From: an uncultured Planctomycetota bacterium
Lineage (GTDB): Bacteria > Planctomycetota > Planctomycetia > Isosphaerales > Isosphaeraceae
Assembly: GCA_963737655.1 (NCBI GenBank)
Contig: CAVTTN010000002.1
Span: 7,264,001 to 7,328,000, forward strand
Length of the DNA: 64,000 nucleotides
Direction: 5' to 3'
The notes beneath the pieces were generated by a model. The model was not told where the DNA came from, did no database searches, and worked only from the letters and a program-made list of their open reading frames with translations. The position numbers were made by a program, and so were the translations under genes. Of this stretch, positions 27,427 through 37,208 are shown piece by piece. The first letter of the stretch is position 1. Each line of letters opens with the position of its first letter.

Positions 27427-27963
27427 ATGAAGGGCGACGCGAATTCCGAGGCGAGGGAGTGGGTCCGCGCGGCGGTCTCTCGGTTCGAGGGGCCGTTGAC
27501 GCTCTACGCCGCCCGCCTCCTGGGTGACGCCGACCGGGCCCGCGACGTGGTCCAGGATGCGTTCGTGAAGCTCTGCCGCCAGGACCGGGCCGAGATCGAG
27601 CCTCGCCTGGCGGAATGGCTCTTCACGGTCTGCCGCAATCGTGCCCTGGACGTCCTCAGGAAGGAGGGGCGGATGACCCGATTGAGCGACGAGCATGCCC
27701 AGGTCCGCGAAGGGCACGAGCCCGACCCGGCCGACGTGCTGGAAACCCGAGAGACGGCGGCCCTCGTGATGAAGGAGCTGGACGGACTGCCGCCCAGCCA
27801 GCGCGAGGTGATCCGCCTGAAGTTCCAGAACGGCTTCTCCTACCGGGAGATCAGCCGGATCAGCGGCCACAGCGTCTCCAACGTCGGGTTCCTGATCCAC
27901 ACCGGGCTCAAAACCATCCGCCGCAGGCTGGCCGACGCCCAGCCGGCCGGGCTCCGGGTCTAA
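27427..27963 (+). CDS. ECF sigma-70 factor
   Basis: ARDVVQDAF, WLFTVCRNRALD, LPPSQREVIRL, SYREIS. Confidence 0.93.
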   Translation: MKGDANSEAREWVRAAVSRFEGPLTLYAARLLGDADRARDVVQDAFVKLCRQDRAEIEPRLAEWLFTVCRNRALDVLRKEGRMTRLSDEHAQVREGHEPDPADVLETRETAALVMKELDGLPPSQREVIRLKFQNGFSYREISRISGHSVSNVGFLIHTGLKTIRRRLADAQPAGLRV

Positions 27964-27987
27964 CCCCTTCGCGAAGGAGGTCCGCCG

Positions 27988-30900
27988 ATGCCTTTCGATG
28001 CCGATGATCCCCGGCTGACGGCCTACGCGCTGGGCGAGCTGGAGGACGACGAGAAAGCCGACCTGGAGGCGATCCTGGCCGACTCGGCCGAGGGCCGCCA
28101 GGTCGTGGAGGAGCTCCGGGCCACCGCCCGCCTCCTGTCCGAGACCCTCTCCGAGGAGCCCAGCCCCGGGCTTGCCTCAGAACACCGAGAGGCGATCGAA
28201 ACCCGCCTGAACCCCTCGCCGGCGCCCCATCGCTGGACCCGGTTCGTGGGCTACGGGATCGCCGCGAGCCTGCTGATCGGCTTCGGCGGGACGGCGGCCC
28301 TGATGGTCCTCCGCGATCGCGGACCCAAGGAAACGCCGATGACCCTCGCCCTCCGAGACGCCCACCGCAAGGCGGCGGAAATGGAGGGTGTGGAGGTCTT
28401 CAGCGACGGGATCGTCGCGGGCGGCGGGAGAGGCACGGTCCCGGAGGCGCCGAAGTCGTCGAAGGATGCTTATGATCGGTCCTCGGGCAAGAATGCCTTG
28501 ATGGAAAAAGACGCGTCGGAGACGACCTCCAATTTCTATGTGGCTCCTTCGGCGCCGGCCGCCCCGGTGACGGGCCGAGGCGTGGCCGGTGGGCTGGGCT
28601 ACGGTCGTTCGATCGCCCAGGGTGGCCGCATGCAGTCCTCGCCGACGGCCCCGGCCCCGGCGGGAGGGGCGGTCGCGGGCAGGCGGCCGGCTCCAGAGCG
28701 GGAATTGTTCGGCGAACCGTCGGTTCAGGGGCCATCGAACGCGTCGGTCGATGCGATGGCCCAGTCGCGGACGGTCGAAGTCACCAAGAGCCCCGTCGTC
28801 GGCCCGGGGATCATGCGGAACGGCACCGTCTCGTCGGGGTCGGCCGCGTCCGGGGCACCCGCGACGAAGGCACCGCTCGTCGTGGGACATACAGGCGACG
28901 GTGGATTGGGCGGCGCATCGCAGGGTATGCAGCCCTTCAATAAGGATTACGTGCTCCCGATGGTCCCGGGGTCGGCTGGTGTGCACTCCCCCTTCGCTGT
29001 CGAGGCCCTGGCGAAGAAGAAGGCCTCGGCCGGGCCCGAGGCCGCGGGGATCCCGAGGGAGAACGCGACCGATTTCGAGAAACAGGGTGCCCAGGCCCGG
29101 ACCTTCGCCCTGGCTCCGCAGCCGGGGAAGGACCAGGCCGCCGGGAATGCCCCCAAGTCCAATCTCGCGGCGGGCCTCGAACCCGCGCAACGGTTTAAGA
29201 TGCTCGGCGACATGCCCGCCCAGAACAAGCAGACCGGGAAGCCGGGCGACACCAAGCTCTTCGCCCAGATGGACGACCAGGCCCAGGCCGTCAAGCCCGG
29301 ACAGCCCCAGGGCGGCAAGCCCGGTGACCAGGCCCCGGCCGGCAAGCCCCAGTCGGCTCCCGTGGGCCTCGGCCGCGCTCCGATGGAGCAGAAGGGCGTT
29401 CCCTCGAAGCAGGAGGCACGCGGCCGGGTCGATCAACTCGCCCTGGGCGAGATCGACGGGGAGAGGGCAAAGCGAGATCGAGTGCCGATCGTCGATCCCA
29501 GCGTCGCCCAGGCCCCCGCCCCCGAGGCGAAGCCCGCCCAGGAGGTCCCTCCCCCGGTCCCTCTCGCCGCCGCCCCGGCCCCCGAGCCCGACGTCCAGGC
29601 CGAGGAGTTCGGCGAGATCATCGACAACCCGTTCCTCTCCGCCGCCGCCGAGCCGCTCTCGACGTTCTCGATCGACGTCGATACCGCCTCCTATGCGAAC
29701 ATCCGCCGGTATCTGACCGTCAACAACACCCGCCCGCCCAAGGACGCGGTGCGGATCGAGGAAATGCTCAATTATTTCCCCTATCGCTACGACCCGCCCA
29801 GGGCCGACGCCAAGGAGCCGTTCTCGGTCCACACCGAGGTCTTCCGCTGCCCGTGGGACGCGACGCATCAGCTCGCCCGGATCGGCCTGAAGGGCAAGGT
29901 GGACACCAAGCGGAAGATGTCCAACCTCGTGTTCCTCGTCGATGTCTCCGGCTCGATGCAGCTGCCCGCCAAGCTGCCGTTGGTGAAGGCGTCGCTGCGG
30001 ATGCTCACCGAGGGGCTCGGCGAGAATGACCGCGTGGCCATCGTCGTCTACGCCGGGAGCGAGGGGCTGGCCCTGCCCTCGACCTCGGGGATTCGCAAGG
30101 GCGAGATCGTCTCGGCGATCGATCAGCTTGAGGCCGGAGGCTCGACCAATGGCGGGGCCGGGCTCGTCCTGGCGTATGACGTGGCCCTGCGGAACTTCAT
30201 CAAGGGCGGGGTGAACCGCGTGATCCTCGCCACCGACGGCGACTTCAACGTCGGGATCACCGGCGACGCGGCCCTCGAAGAGCTGATCCGCGCCAAGGCC
30301 AAGACCGGAGTGGCGCTGAGCGTCCTGGGGTTCGGCATGGGGAACCTCAAGGACAAGAAGATGGAGACCCTGGCCGACAAGGGGAACGGCAATTACGCCT
30401 ACATCGACACCCTCGGCGAGGCCCGGAAGGTCCTGGTGGAGCAGATGGACGGCACCCTCGTGACGATCGCCAAGGACGTCAAGATCCAGGTCGATTTCAA
30501 CGCCGCGAAGGTGGGCCAGTACCGCCTGATCGGCTACGAGAACCGCGCCCTGGCCGCCCAGGACTTCGCCGACGACTCGAAGGACGCCGGGGAGATCGGC
30601 GCCGGCCATACCGTCACCGCCCTCTATGAGCTGATCCCGCCCGGCAAGGACGGCCCGGCGAAGGACGTGGCCTCGAAGTACGCCAGGGGCAAGGCCGGCG
30701 ACCCCGAAAGCCCCGACCTCTTCACCCTGAAGCTCCGCTACAAGGCGCCGGACGGCGACGTCAGCACCCTGATCGAAACCCCGGTGAAGGACGAGCCGAA
30801 GGACTACGCCGCGGCCTCGACCGACTCGAAGTTCGCCGCCTCGGTGGCCGCCTTCGGGATGATCCTGAGGAATTCCCCCTACAAGGGGAACACCACGATC

Positions 30901-31014
30901 CCCGCCGTGATCGAATGGGCCGAGGCGAGCAAGTCCGACGACCCGGGCGGCTACCGCAAGGAGTTCGTCGAGCTCGTGAAGAAGGCCCAGGCCCTGCTCC
31001 CGGCGGCGAAGTAG
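27988..31014 (+). CDS. Anti-sigma-like N-terminus + TM + long low-complexity linker + YfbK-type vWA protein
   Basis: LTAYALGEL; STFSIDVDTASY, DVSGSM MIDAS motif, TDGDFNVG, YRLIGYENR, DAGEIGAGHTVTALYE. Confidence 0.9.
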   Translation: MPFDADDPRLTAYALGELEDDEKADLEAILADSAEGRQVVEELRATARLLSETLSEEPSPGLASEHREAIETRLNPSPAPHRWTRFVGYGIAASLLIGFGGTAALMVLRDRGPKETPMTLALRDAHRKAAEMEGVEVFSDGIVAGGGRGTVPEAPKSSKDAYDRSSGKNALMEKDASETTSNFYVAPSAPAAPVTGRGVAGGLGYGRSIAQGGRMQSSPTAPAPAGGAVAGRRPAPERELFGEPSVQGPSNASVDAMAQSRTVEVTKSPVVGPGIMRNGTVSSGSAASGAPATKAPLVVGHTGDGGLGGASQGMQPFNKDYVLPMVPGSAGVHSPFAVEALAKKKASAGPEAAGIPRENATDFEKQGAQARTFALAPQPGKDQAAGNAPKSNLAAGLEPAQRFKMLGDMPAQNKQTGKPGDTKLFAQMDDQAQAVKPGQPQGGKPGDQAPAGKPQSAPVGLGRAPMEQKGVPSKQEARGRVDQLALGEIDGERAKRDRVPIVDPSVAQAPAPEAKPAQEVPPPVPLAAAPAPEPDVQAEEFGEIIDNPFLSAAAEPLSTFSIDVDTASYANIRRYLTVNNTRPPKDAVRIEEMLNYFPYRYDPPRADAKEPFSVHTEVFRCPWDATHQLARIGLKGKVDTKRKMSNLVFLVDVSGSMQLPAKLPLVKASLRMLTEGLGENDRVAIVVYAGSEGLALPSTSGIRKGEIVSAIDQLEAGGSTNGGAGLVLAYDVALRNFIKGGVNRVILATDGDFNVGITGDAALEELIRAKAKTGVALSVLGFGMGNLKDKKMETLADKGNGNYAYIDTLGEARKVLVEQMDGTLVTIAKDVKIQVDFNAAKVGQYRLIGYENRALAAQDFADDSKDAGEIGAGHTVTALYELIPPGKDGPAKDVASKYARGKAGDPESPDLFTLKLRYKAPDGDVSTLIETPVKDEPKDYAAASTDSKFAASVAAFGMILRNSPYKGNTTIPAVIEWAEASKSDDPGGYRKEFVELVKKAQALLPAAK

Positions 31015-31169
31015 CCGCGACCGCCGCCGAATCCCGAGATCCGAGGCCCCTCGACCGAGACATTCGGCCGGGGGGCCTCGGCATTTCCGGGGCTCGCCGA
31101 GTATCCTGTCTGTCCGCCATCGACGCCGCCCCAACCCGAACTGCCCGGCCCCGAGGAGGGCCTGACCCG

Positions 31170-31583
31170 ATGGAAAAGCCCTGGAGGTTGCGCCTGACCC
31201 TCGGCGGGATGATGCTCGTCATCGCCGTGGCGGCCCTGGTGATCCTGGCCCTGAAGCCCTCGGGCACGACGTTCGAGGACCTCAAGGAAGGGACCGGCCC
31301 GGCGGCGAAGACGGGCGACACGGTCTCGGTCCACTACGTCGGCCAGCTCTTCAGCGGCAAGGAATTCGACTCCTCGCGGACCCGAGGGACGCCGTTCGAG
31401 TTCACCCTGGGCCGGGGGATGGTCATCACGGGCTGGGACAAGGGGATCGTCGGGATGAAGGTCGGAGGCATCCGCCGCCTGACGATCCCGCCGGACGAGG
31501 GATACGGCGCGATGGGCCGCCCGCCGACGATCCCGCCGGAATCTACCCTGGTCTTTGAAGTCGAACTCTTGAAGATCCAGTGA
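31170..31583 (+). CDS. FKBP-type peptidyl-prolyl isomerase
   Basis: VHYVG, FDSS, VITGWDKG, IPP..GYG, LVFEVELL. Confidence 0.95.
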   Translation: MEKPWRLRLTLGGMMLVIAVAALVILALKPSGTTFEDLKEGTGPAAKTGDTVSVHYVGQLFSGKEFDSSRTRGTPFEFTLGRGMVITGWDKGIVGMKVGGIRRLTIPPDEGYGAMGRPPTIPPESTLVFEVELLKIQ

Positions 31584-31693
31584 TTCGGGGCAAAAGCCCG
31601 GCCTCTCGCTCGGCGACCTTGTTCGCGACCGTCCCGGATGATAGAAGCGAGGGCCCTGCCGCCCGATCCCCTCGCCTCGGAGAGACCCGACGG

Positions 31694-33085
31694 ATGGCCG
31701 ATGACCTCGCCTTCGCCACGATCCCCCAGCTTGGCGCCAAGCTCCGCTCGGGGGCGATCTCCTCGGTCGAGCTCACGAAGGTTTTCCTCGATCGGTTGGA
31801 GAAGATCGGCCCGAGGTTCAATTGCGTGGTCACGTTGACGCGCGATCTCGCCCTGGAGCAGGCCGAGAGGGCCGACCGCGAGCTCAAGCAGGGCAAGGAT
31901 CGCGGGCCCCTTCATGGGATTCCCTATGGCGGCAAGGATTTGCTCGCCACCAGGGGAATCCGCACGACCTGGGGCTGTGCCCCGTACCGGGATCGCGTCT
32001 TCGACTTCGATTCCACCGTCGTGGTGAAGCTCCGGGAGGCCGGCGCCATCCTTTGCGCGAAGCTGGCGATGGTCGAGATCGCCGGGGGGATGGGCTACCG
32101 CCAGCCCAACGCGAGCCTGACCGGCCCGGGCCTGAATCCCTGGGACCTCTCGAAGTGGAGCGGGGGGAGCTCGTCGGGATCGGGATCGGCCGTGGGGGCG
32201 GGGCTCGTCCCGTTCGCCATCGGCACCGAGACCTGGGGATCGATCACCACGCCGAGCAGCTATTGCGGCGTGACCGGGCTGAGGCCGACCTATGGCCGGG
32301 TCTCCCGTCACGGCGCGATGGCCCTGGCCTGGACCCACGACAAGATCGGCCCGATGGCCCGTTCGGCGAACGATTGCGGGCTGATCCTCAACGCGATCGC
32401 CGGGGCCGATCCCGACGACCCCTCGGCCAGCGAACGGCCCTATCATTATCCGCCGGCCGATTCTCCCGGGCAGCCGTTCCGGCTCGCGATCCTCAAGGAC
32501 GGCGTGGCCAATGCCCAGCCCGAGGTGAAGCGGAACTTCGAGAAGGCCCTGGAGACGTTCCGCAAGCTCGGGACCGTGGACGAGGTCGAGCTCCCCGAGG
32601 GGCCGTTCGCGGCCGTGGCCTCGACGATCATCTCCGTCGAGTGCGCCTCGGCGTTCGAGGAGATGGTCGCCTCCAACGAGGTCGCGAAGCTCACCGCGCC
32701 GGAGGACCGCGTCGGAGGGTTCGCCGACCAGGCGATCCTCGCCACCGAGTACCTCCGCGCCCAGCGAATCCGCGCGAAGCTGGCCAGGACGCTCGACCAA
32801 TGGTTCGCCCCGTACGACGCCGTGATCACCGTCCCGACCGGAGGGACCGCCACCCCGGCCGACGGCTCGTTCGGCGGTCGGTTCGGCGCGAAGTCCCTGG
32901 GAGGCCCGGGGAACGTCTGCGGGACCCCCGCGATCTGCCTCCCGTCGGGGAAGGACGACAACGGCCTGCCCACGGCGATCCAGATCGACGGCCGGGCCTA
33001 CTCCGAGAATCGCCTGCTCGCCCTGGCGATCGCGTTCCAGGACTCCACCGCCTGGCACCTCGACCGGCCGAAGCTCGATCCCTGA
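31694..33085 (+). CDS. Amidase-signature family amidase
   Basis: GPLHGIPYGGKD, GGSSSGS, IGTETWGSI. Confidence 0.93.
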   Translation: MADDLAFATIPQLGAKLRSGAISSVELTKVFLDRLEKIGPRFNCVVTLTRDLALEQAERADRELKQGKDRGPLHGIPYGGKDLLATRGIRTTWGCAPYRDRVFDFDSTVVVKLREAGAILCAKLAMVEIAGGMGYRQPNASLTGPGLNPWDLSKWSGGSSSGSGSAVGAGLVPFAIGTETWGSITTPSSYCGVTGLRPTYGRVSRHGAMALAWTHDKIGPMARSANDCGLILNAIAGADPDDPSASERPYHYPPADSPGQPFRLAILKDGVANAQPEVKRNFEKALETFRKLGTVDEVELPEGPFAAVASTIISVECASAFEEMVASNEVAKLTAPEDRVGGFADQAILATEYLRAQRIRAKLARTLDQWFAPYDAVITVPTGGTATPADGSFGGRFGAKSLGGPGNVCGTPAICLPSGKDDNGLPTAIQIDGRAYSENRLLALAIAFQDSTAWHLDRPKLDP

Positions 33086-33114
33086 ATCCCTCGTCTCGCG
33101 AAGGGTTTCCGCCC

Positions 33115-34275
33115 ATGACCACCCTCGTCCTGCTCGCCGTCGCCCTGGCCGACCCGATCTCGACGGCCGACCTTCGAGACGCCCTGAAGACCCCCCCCTC
33201 GGCCGAGGCCGCGGCGTCCCTGGCCGCCCGGGTTCGCGAGACCGAATGGGCCCGAGGCGACCTGAAACGGGGGGTTCATCACGTCGAAAATGACCTCGTC
33301 GCGTTCGTGATCGACGCCCCGGGCGCGAAGACGGCCAGAGTCGGCGGCGACTTCGTGATGATCAACCGGGGCCGGGGTCGCGACATGGTCCCCCTGGGCG
33401 ATTCCGGCCTCTTCGCCCTGGTCGAAACGGTCCCTCAGGAGGCCAAATTCGCCTTCCGGTTCGAGGTAGACGGCAAGAAGCTCGGCGGGGCGGCCGTCGA
33501 GATGCCGAAGTGGGCCTATCCGCCCGAGTCGAAGGAAGTTCCGGGTCGAAAGTACGGCGAGTATCGCCCCCTGAAGTTTCGGAGCGAGGTTTTCGGCAAC
33601 AATCGGACCGGCTGGGTCTACGTCCCTGCGGCTTATGATGGCAAGACGCCCGCCGCCGTGATGTTTTTTCAGGACGGCGACGCGTACAAGGGGGAACACG
33701 TCGGCACCGTGGTGGAGAACCTGATCGCCGAAGGAGCGATGCCGATCACGATCGTCGTCGGCCTGAATCCGGGCGTGAACGACGACGGCCGGAGCAACCG
33801 GAGCGTGGAATATGACACCCTGAGCGACAAGTACGTCACGTTCCTCGACCGGGAGGTCTTCCCGAAGCTCAAGGCGGACTTCAAGATCCGCGACGACGCG
33901 GCGGGTCATGCGATCGGCGGTGCGTCCTCGGGCGGGATCTGCGCCTTCACGGCGGCGTGGGAACGGCCGGACCTGTTCGGCCGGGTCCTGTCGCAGATCG
34001 GCAGCTTCACGAACATCCGGGGCGGGAACGTCTATCCCGATCTCGTCCGCAAGGCCGAGAAGAAGCCGATCCGCGTCGTCCTCCAGGACGGCTCGAACGA
34101 CCTGATCAACCGTTTCGGCGACTGGTGGGAGGCGAACCAGAAGATGAACGCGGCGCTTCGGGAGAAGGGCTATTCGGTCGAATTCTTCCAGGACGGCGGG
34201 TTCCACGCCTACTGGTCGGGCGGGCGAGTGCTGCCCGAATGCCTGAAGGCGACGTGGTCGGGCGAGGTGAAGTAG
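33115..34275 (+). CDS. Enterochelin-esterase-like alpha/beta hydrolase
   Basis: VYVPAAY, FQDG, NRSVEYD, GASSGG, SQIGSFTNIRGG. Confidence 0.88.
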   Translation: MTTLVLLAVALADPISTADLRDALKTPPSAEAAASLAARVRETEWARGDLKRGVHHVENDLVAFVIDAPGAKTARVGGDFVMINRGRGRDMVPLGDSGLFALVETVPQEAKFAFRFEVDGKKLGGAAVEMPKWAYPPESKEVPGRKYGEYRPLKFRSEVFGNNRTGWVYVPAAYDGKTPAAVMFFQDGDAYKGEHVGTVVENLIAEGAMPITIVVGLNPGVNDDGRSNRSVEYDTLSDKYVTFLDREVFPKLKADFKIRDDAAGHAIGGASSGGICAFTAAWERPDLFGRVLSQIGSFTNIRGGNVYPDLVRKAEKKPIRVVLQDGSNDLINRFGDWWEANQKMNAALREKGYSVEFFQDGGFHAYWSGGRVLPECLKATWSGEVK

Positions 34276-34293
34276 GAAGGCCCGAGGCCGTGA

Positions 34294-34563
34294 TCAGGAA
34301 AGGACGTTCCTGTACCTCCAGCGGACCCAGGCGAGCCGGGCGCGAAGGCGGATCGCCACGAGCCGGCATCGCAACGCCCGGGAGCAGGCCAGGCGGTATT
34401 CGGCCCGGACGATCGCCAGGCGGACCCGGCCCGCCAGGCTCGATCCGAGGCCCGGAGACATCGGCGGCGAGGAGAGGTCGCCGACGACATCCGGGCAAAT
34501 CCTCGCCAGGACGTCGTTCGAGATGATTACCGTGCGCGGGGGGGCCGGAGCGACCTCGATCAT
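34294..34563 (-). CDS. Small hypothetical protein
   Basis: ATGA-coupled to the upstream ORF; Arg-rich C-terminus. Confidence 0.45.
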   Translation of the reverse strand: MIEVAPAPPRTVIISNDVLARICPDVVGDLSSPPMSPGLGSSLAGRVRLAIVRAEYRLACSRALRCRLVAIRLRARLAWVRWRYRNVLS

Positions 34564-34889
34564 CCGGTCATCGCCTCCGATCGTCGGGCTTCCTGGACCA
34601 GCGCCAGCCCGTAGGCACCCCGGCGCACGTCGCCGATCAGGTACTTCGTCGGGATGATCATCCTCTGGCCGAAGAGGCGGTCCCAGAGCGAACGGCCCAG
34701 GGGCACGACCAACTGGTCGGCCCCGTGCTCGTCGCGCCGGCGACGGACCCGCGACCCCGGAGGGGCCTCCACGACCGCGATCACGGGATCCTGAGGACTC
34801 TCGGGGACGAGCCGGCGCTCCCGGACCGTCACCACGTTGCCCCTCGGATCGCAATACGAGTTGCGAGCGAGATAGACTGGGAACGTCAT
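34560..34889 (-). CDS. Small hypothetical protein
   Basis: 109-aa ORF downstream of a candidate promoter. Confidence 0.55.
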   Translation of the reverse strand: MTFPVYLARNSYCDPRGNVVTVRERRLVPESPQDPVIAVVEAPPGSRVRRRRDEHGADQLVVPLGRSLWDRLFGQRMIIPTKYLIGDVRRGAYGLALVQEARRSEAMTG

Positions 34890-34943
34890 GCGAACGCATC
34901 CACTGGAAGGCGGCGATCCGCTCCGCGTGATCGCTCGGAGGTG

Positions 34944-34972
34944 AATTTAAGCGATCCTGGTGCGCGTTTCAA
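34944..34972 (-). promoter_or_regulatory. Sigma70-type promoter candidate
   Basis: Minus strand TTGAAA-17 nt-TAAATT in an AT-rich patch. Confidence 0.55.
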
Positions 34973-35074
34973 GCACCTAGGTTATCTTTTGTCCAAAGTG
35001 AATCGAGGCACCCGGGAGATGCGCTCGGATCGCTCCTGGGCAGCACTGGCAAGTCTTGGGCCGTCGGGGCTCAG

Positions 35075-36348
35075 TCATCCTCGGATGTGACCGTCTCCGT
35101 GGATGATCCACTTGGTCGAGGTGAGTTCCCGGAGCCCGCAGGCCCCCGGGCGTGGACCTTGTCGGTGGAGATGCCGATCTCGGCCCCGAGGCCGAGCTCT
35201 CCTCCGTCGTTGAATCGGGTCGAGGCGTTGACGACGACCGCCGAGCTATCGACCTCGGCGACGAACCGGCGGGACGCGACGAGGTCGGAGGTCACGATGG
35301 CCTCGGTGTGCCCCGATCCGTGACGGGCGATGTGGGCGATCGCCGAATCGAGCGAGTCCACCACGCCGACGGCCAGGATCAGGTCGAGATACTCGGTGTC
35401 CCAGTCCTCGGGCGAGGCGGGGACCATGTCCGGGACGATCTCCCGGGCCCGGGGGTCGCCGCGGAGCTCGACGTTCGCGGCTCGCAATGCCTCGGCCAGT
35501 CGGGGCAGGAGCCTCGGCGCGATCTCGCGATGGATCAGGAGCGTTTCGGCCGCGTTGCAGACCCCGGGGCGCTGGGCCTTGGCGTTCAGGATGATCTGGA
35601 TGGCCATCGCCTCGTCGGCCCGGCGATCGATGTAGACGTGGCAATTGCCCGAATAGTGCTTCAGGACCGGCATTTTCGCCTCGCTGGCGACCCGTCGGAT
35701 CAGGCTTTCGCCGCCTCGGGGAATCGCCAGGTCGATCCGGTCGGGCATGGCGAGCAGATGGCCCACGGCGTCGCGATCGGTCGTGGCGACGAGGCCGAGG
35801 GCATGGGCCGGCAGGCCGGCGCGGGGCAGGGCGTCGGCCAGGACCCGGTGGAGCGCCCGGTTGGTTTCGATCGCCTCCTTGCCGCCCCGGAGGATCGCGG
35901 CGTTGCCGCTCTTGACGCACAGGGCGGCGGCATCGACGGTCACGTTCGGCCGGCTCTCGTAGATCATGAACACCACGCCCAGGGGGACGCGGACCTGAAG
36001 GACGTCCAGCCCGTTGGGCCTCCGCCCCGATCGCACGACCTCGCCGATCGGGTCGGGCAGGGCGGCGACCTCCAGGAGGCTCGCGGCGATCGTCTCCAGG
36101 CGAGCCCGATCGAGCCGGAGGCGGTCGATGGCCGCCGGGTTCAGGCCGAGACCCGGGCCGGCGGCCACGTCCCGGGCGTTGGCGGCGAGGATCTCGGCGG
36201 ACCGCTCGATCAGGGACCCGGCCGAGTCCCTCAGCCACGCATCCTTGGCCGCCCCGGTGGCGATCGCCAGGGCCCGGCTCGCCGCCTTGGCCCGGTCGGC
36301 CAGCGCCTGGCATTCGTCGCGAAGGGGATCGGCCCCGGGTTCGCTCAT
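35075..36348 (-). CDS. proA: Gamma-glutamyl phosphate reductase (1-nt frameshift near 35141)
   Basis: IYESRPNVT, ILRGGKEA, IPRGG, CNAAETLL, NASTRF.DG, GAEIGIST. Adding one C restores HARGPCGLRELTSTKWI, ending at the TGA at 35075. Confidence 0.95.
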
Positions 36349-37208
36349 GGGTGACTCTCCCATCCGTGGACGGCTTCCCAGACCTTCAAGGTATCGGCCA
36401 TCGCGGCGACGTCATGGACCCTCGCGACCGCCGCCCCGCCCACGATCGCGGCGAGCGAGGCGGAGGCGGTGGCCACGGCCCGATCGTTCCTCGGCCTCCC
36501 GGTGATCTCGCCGAGGAAGCCCTTCCTCGACACGCCCACCAGCACGACGCATCCCAACGTCGCAAATCGTCCCACGTGCCGCAAGAGCAACAGGTTGTGC
36601 TCGGACGTCTTGCCGAAGCCGATCCCGGGATCCAGCGCGATCCTCTCGCGGGGGATTCCCGCCTTCTCGGCCTCGTCCAGCCTCCGGGCGAGGAAGGAGC
36701 GGACGGCCTCGATCACGTCATCGTACCGAGGATCGTCCTGCATCGTCCTCGGATCGCCGAGCATGTGCATCACGACCACGCCGACGCCGGTCTCGGCCGC
36801 GAGGCGGACCATCGCCGGGTCGGAAAGGCCCGAGATGTCGTTGAGGATCGAGGCGCCCCGGGCGATCGCCTGGCGGGCGACCTCCGGCTTGACCGTGTCG
36901 ATCGAAAGGGGGACGTCCAGCTCCCCGGCGATGGCCTCGACCGCCGGGATGACCCGCCGGAGCTCCTCGGCCAGGGGGACGACCTCGGCGCCGGGGCGGC
37001 TGGACTCGCCCCCGAGGTCCAGGATGTCGGCCCCTTCGGCCGCGAGCTTCCGGGCTCGATCCAGGGCGGAGCCTGGGTCGAGGGCGAGCCCGCCGTCGGA
37101 GAAGCTGTCGGGCGTGACGTTGACGATGCCCATGATCCGGGGCCGCGAACCCGAGACCAGGACGCGGCCCCGGGCCGTCCAGAGGCGGTGGGCGGGAGGA
37201 CGGGTCAT
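36345..37208 (-). CDS. folP: Dihydropteroate synthase
   Basis: MGIVNVTPDSFSDGG, GGESSRPGA, SIDT, DPGIGFGK, SRK, RVHDV. Confidence 0.96.
   Translation of the reverse strand: MTRPPAHRLWTARGRVLVSGSRPRIMGIVNVTPDSFSDGGLALDPGSALDRARKLAAEGADILDLGGESSRPGAEVVPLAEELRRVIPAVEAIAGELDVPLSIDTVKPEVARQAIARGASILNDISGLSDPAMVRLAAETGVGVVVMHMLGDPRTMQDDPRYDDVIEAVRSFLARRLDEAEKAGIPRERIALDPGIGFGKTSEHNLLLLRHVGRFATLGCVVLVGVSRKGFLGEITGRPRNDRAVATASASLAAIVGGAAVARVHDVAAMADTLKVWEAVHGWESHP

Noticed and set aside
28177..31134. Very long antisense ORFs (e.g. 985 aa here, 941 aa at 54929-57754, 846 aa at 60687-63227)
   Set aside because: Expected stop-poor shadows in high-GC coding DNA; the opposite strand has clear family motifs
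31694..33085. gatA assignment for the amidase
   Set aside because: No adjacent gatB/gatC and the motif context (GTETWGSI) fits a generic amidase
35075..35150. Programmed frameshifting or true pseudogenisation of proA (also recO)
   Set aside because: No slippery heptamer, both halves intact, and the same indel pattern recurs across the window
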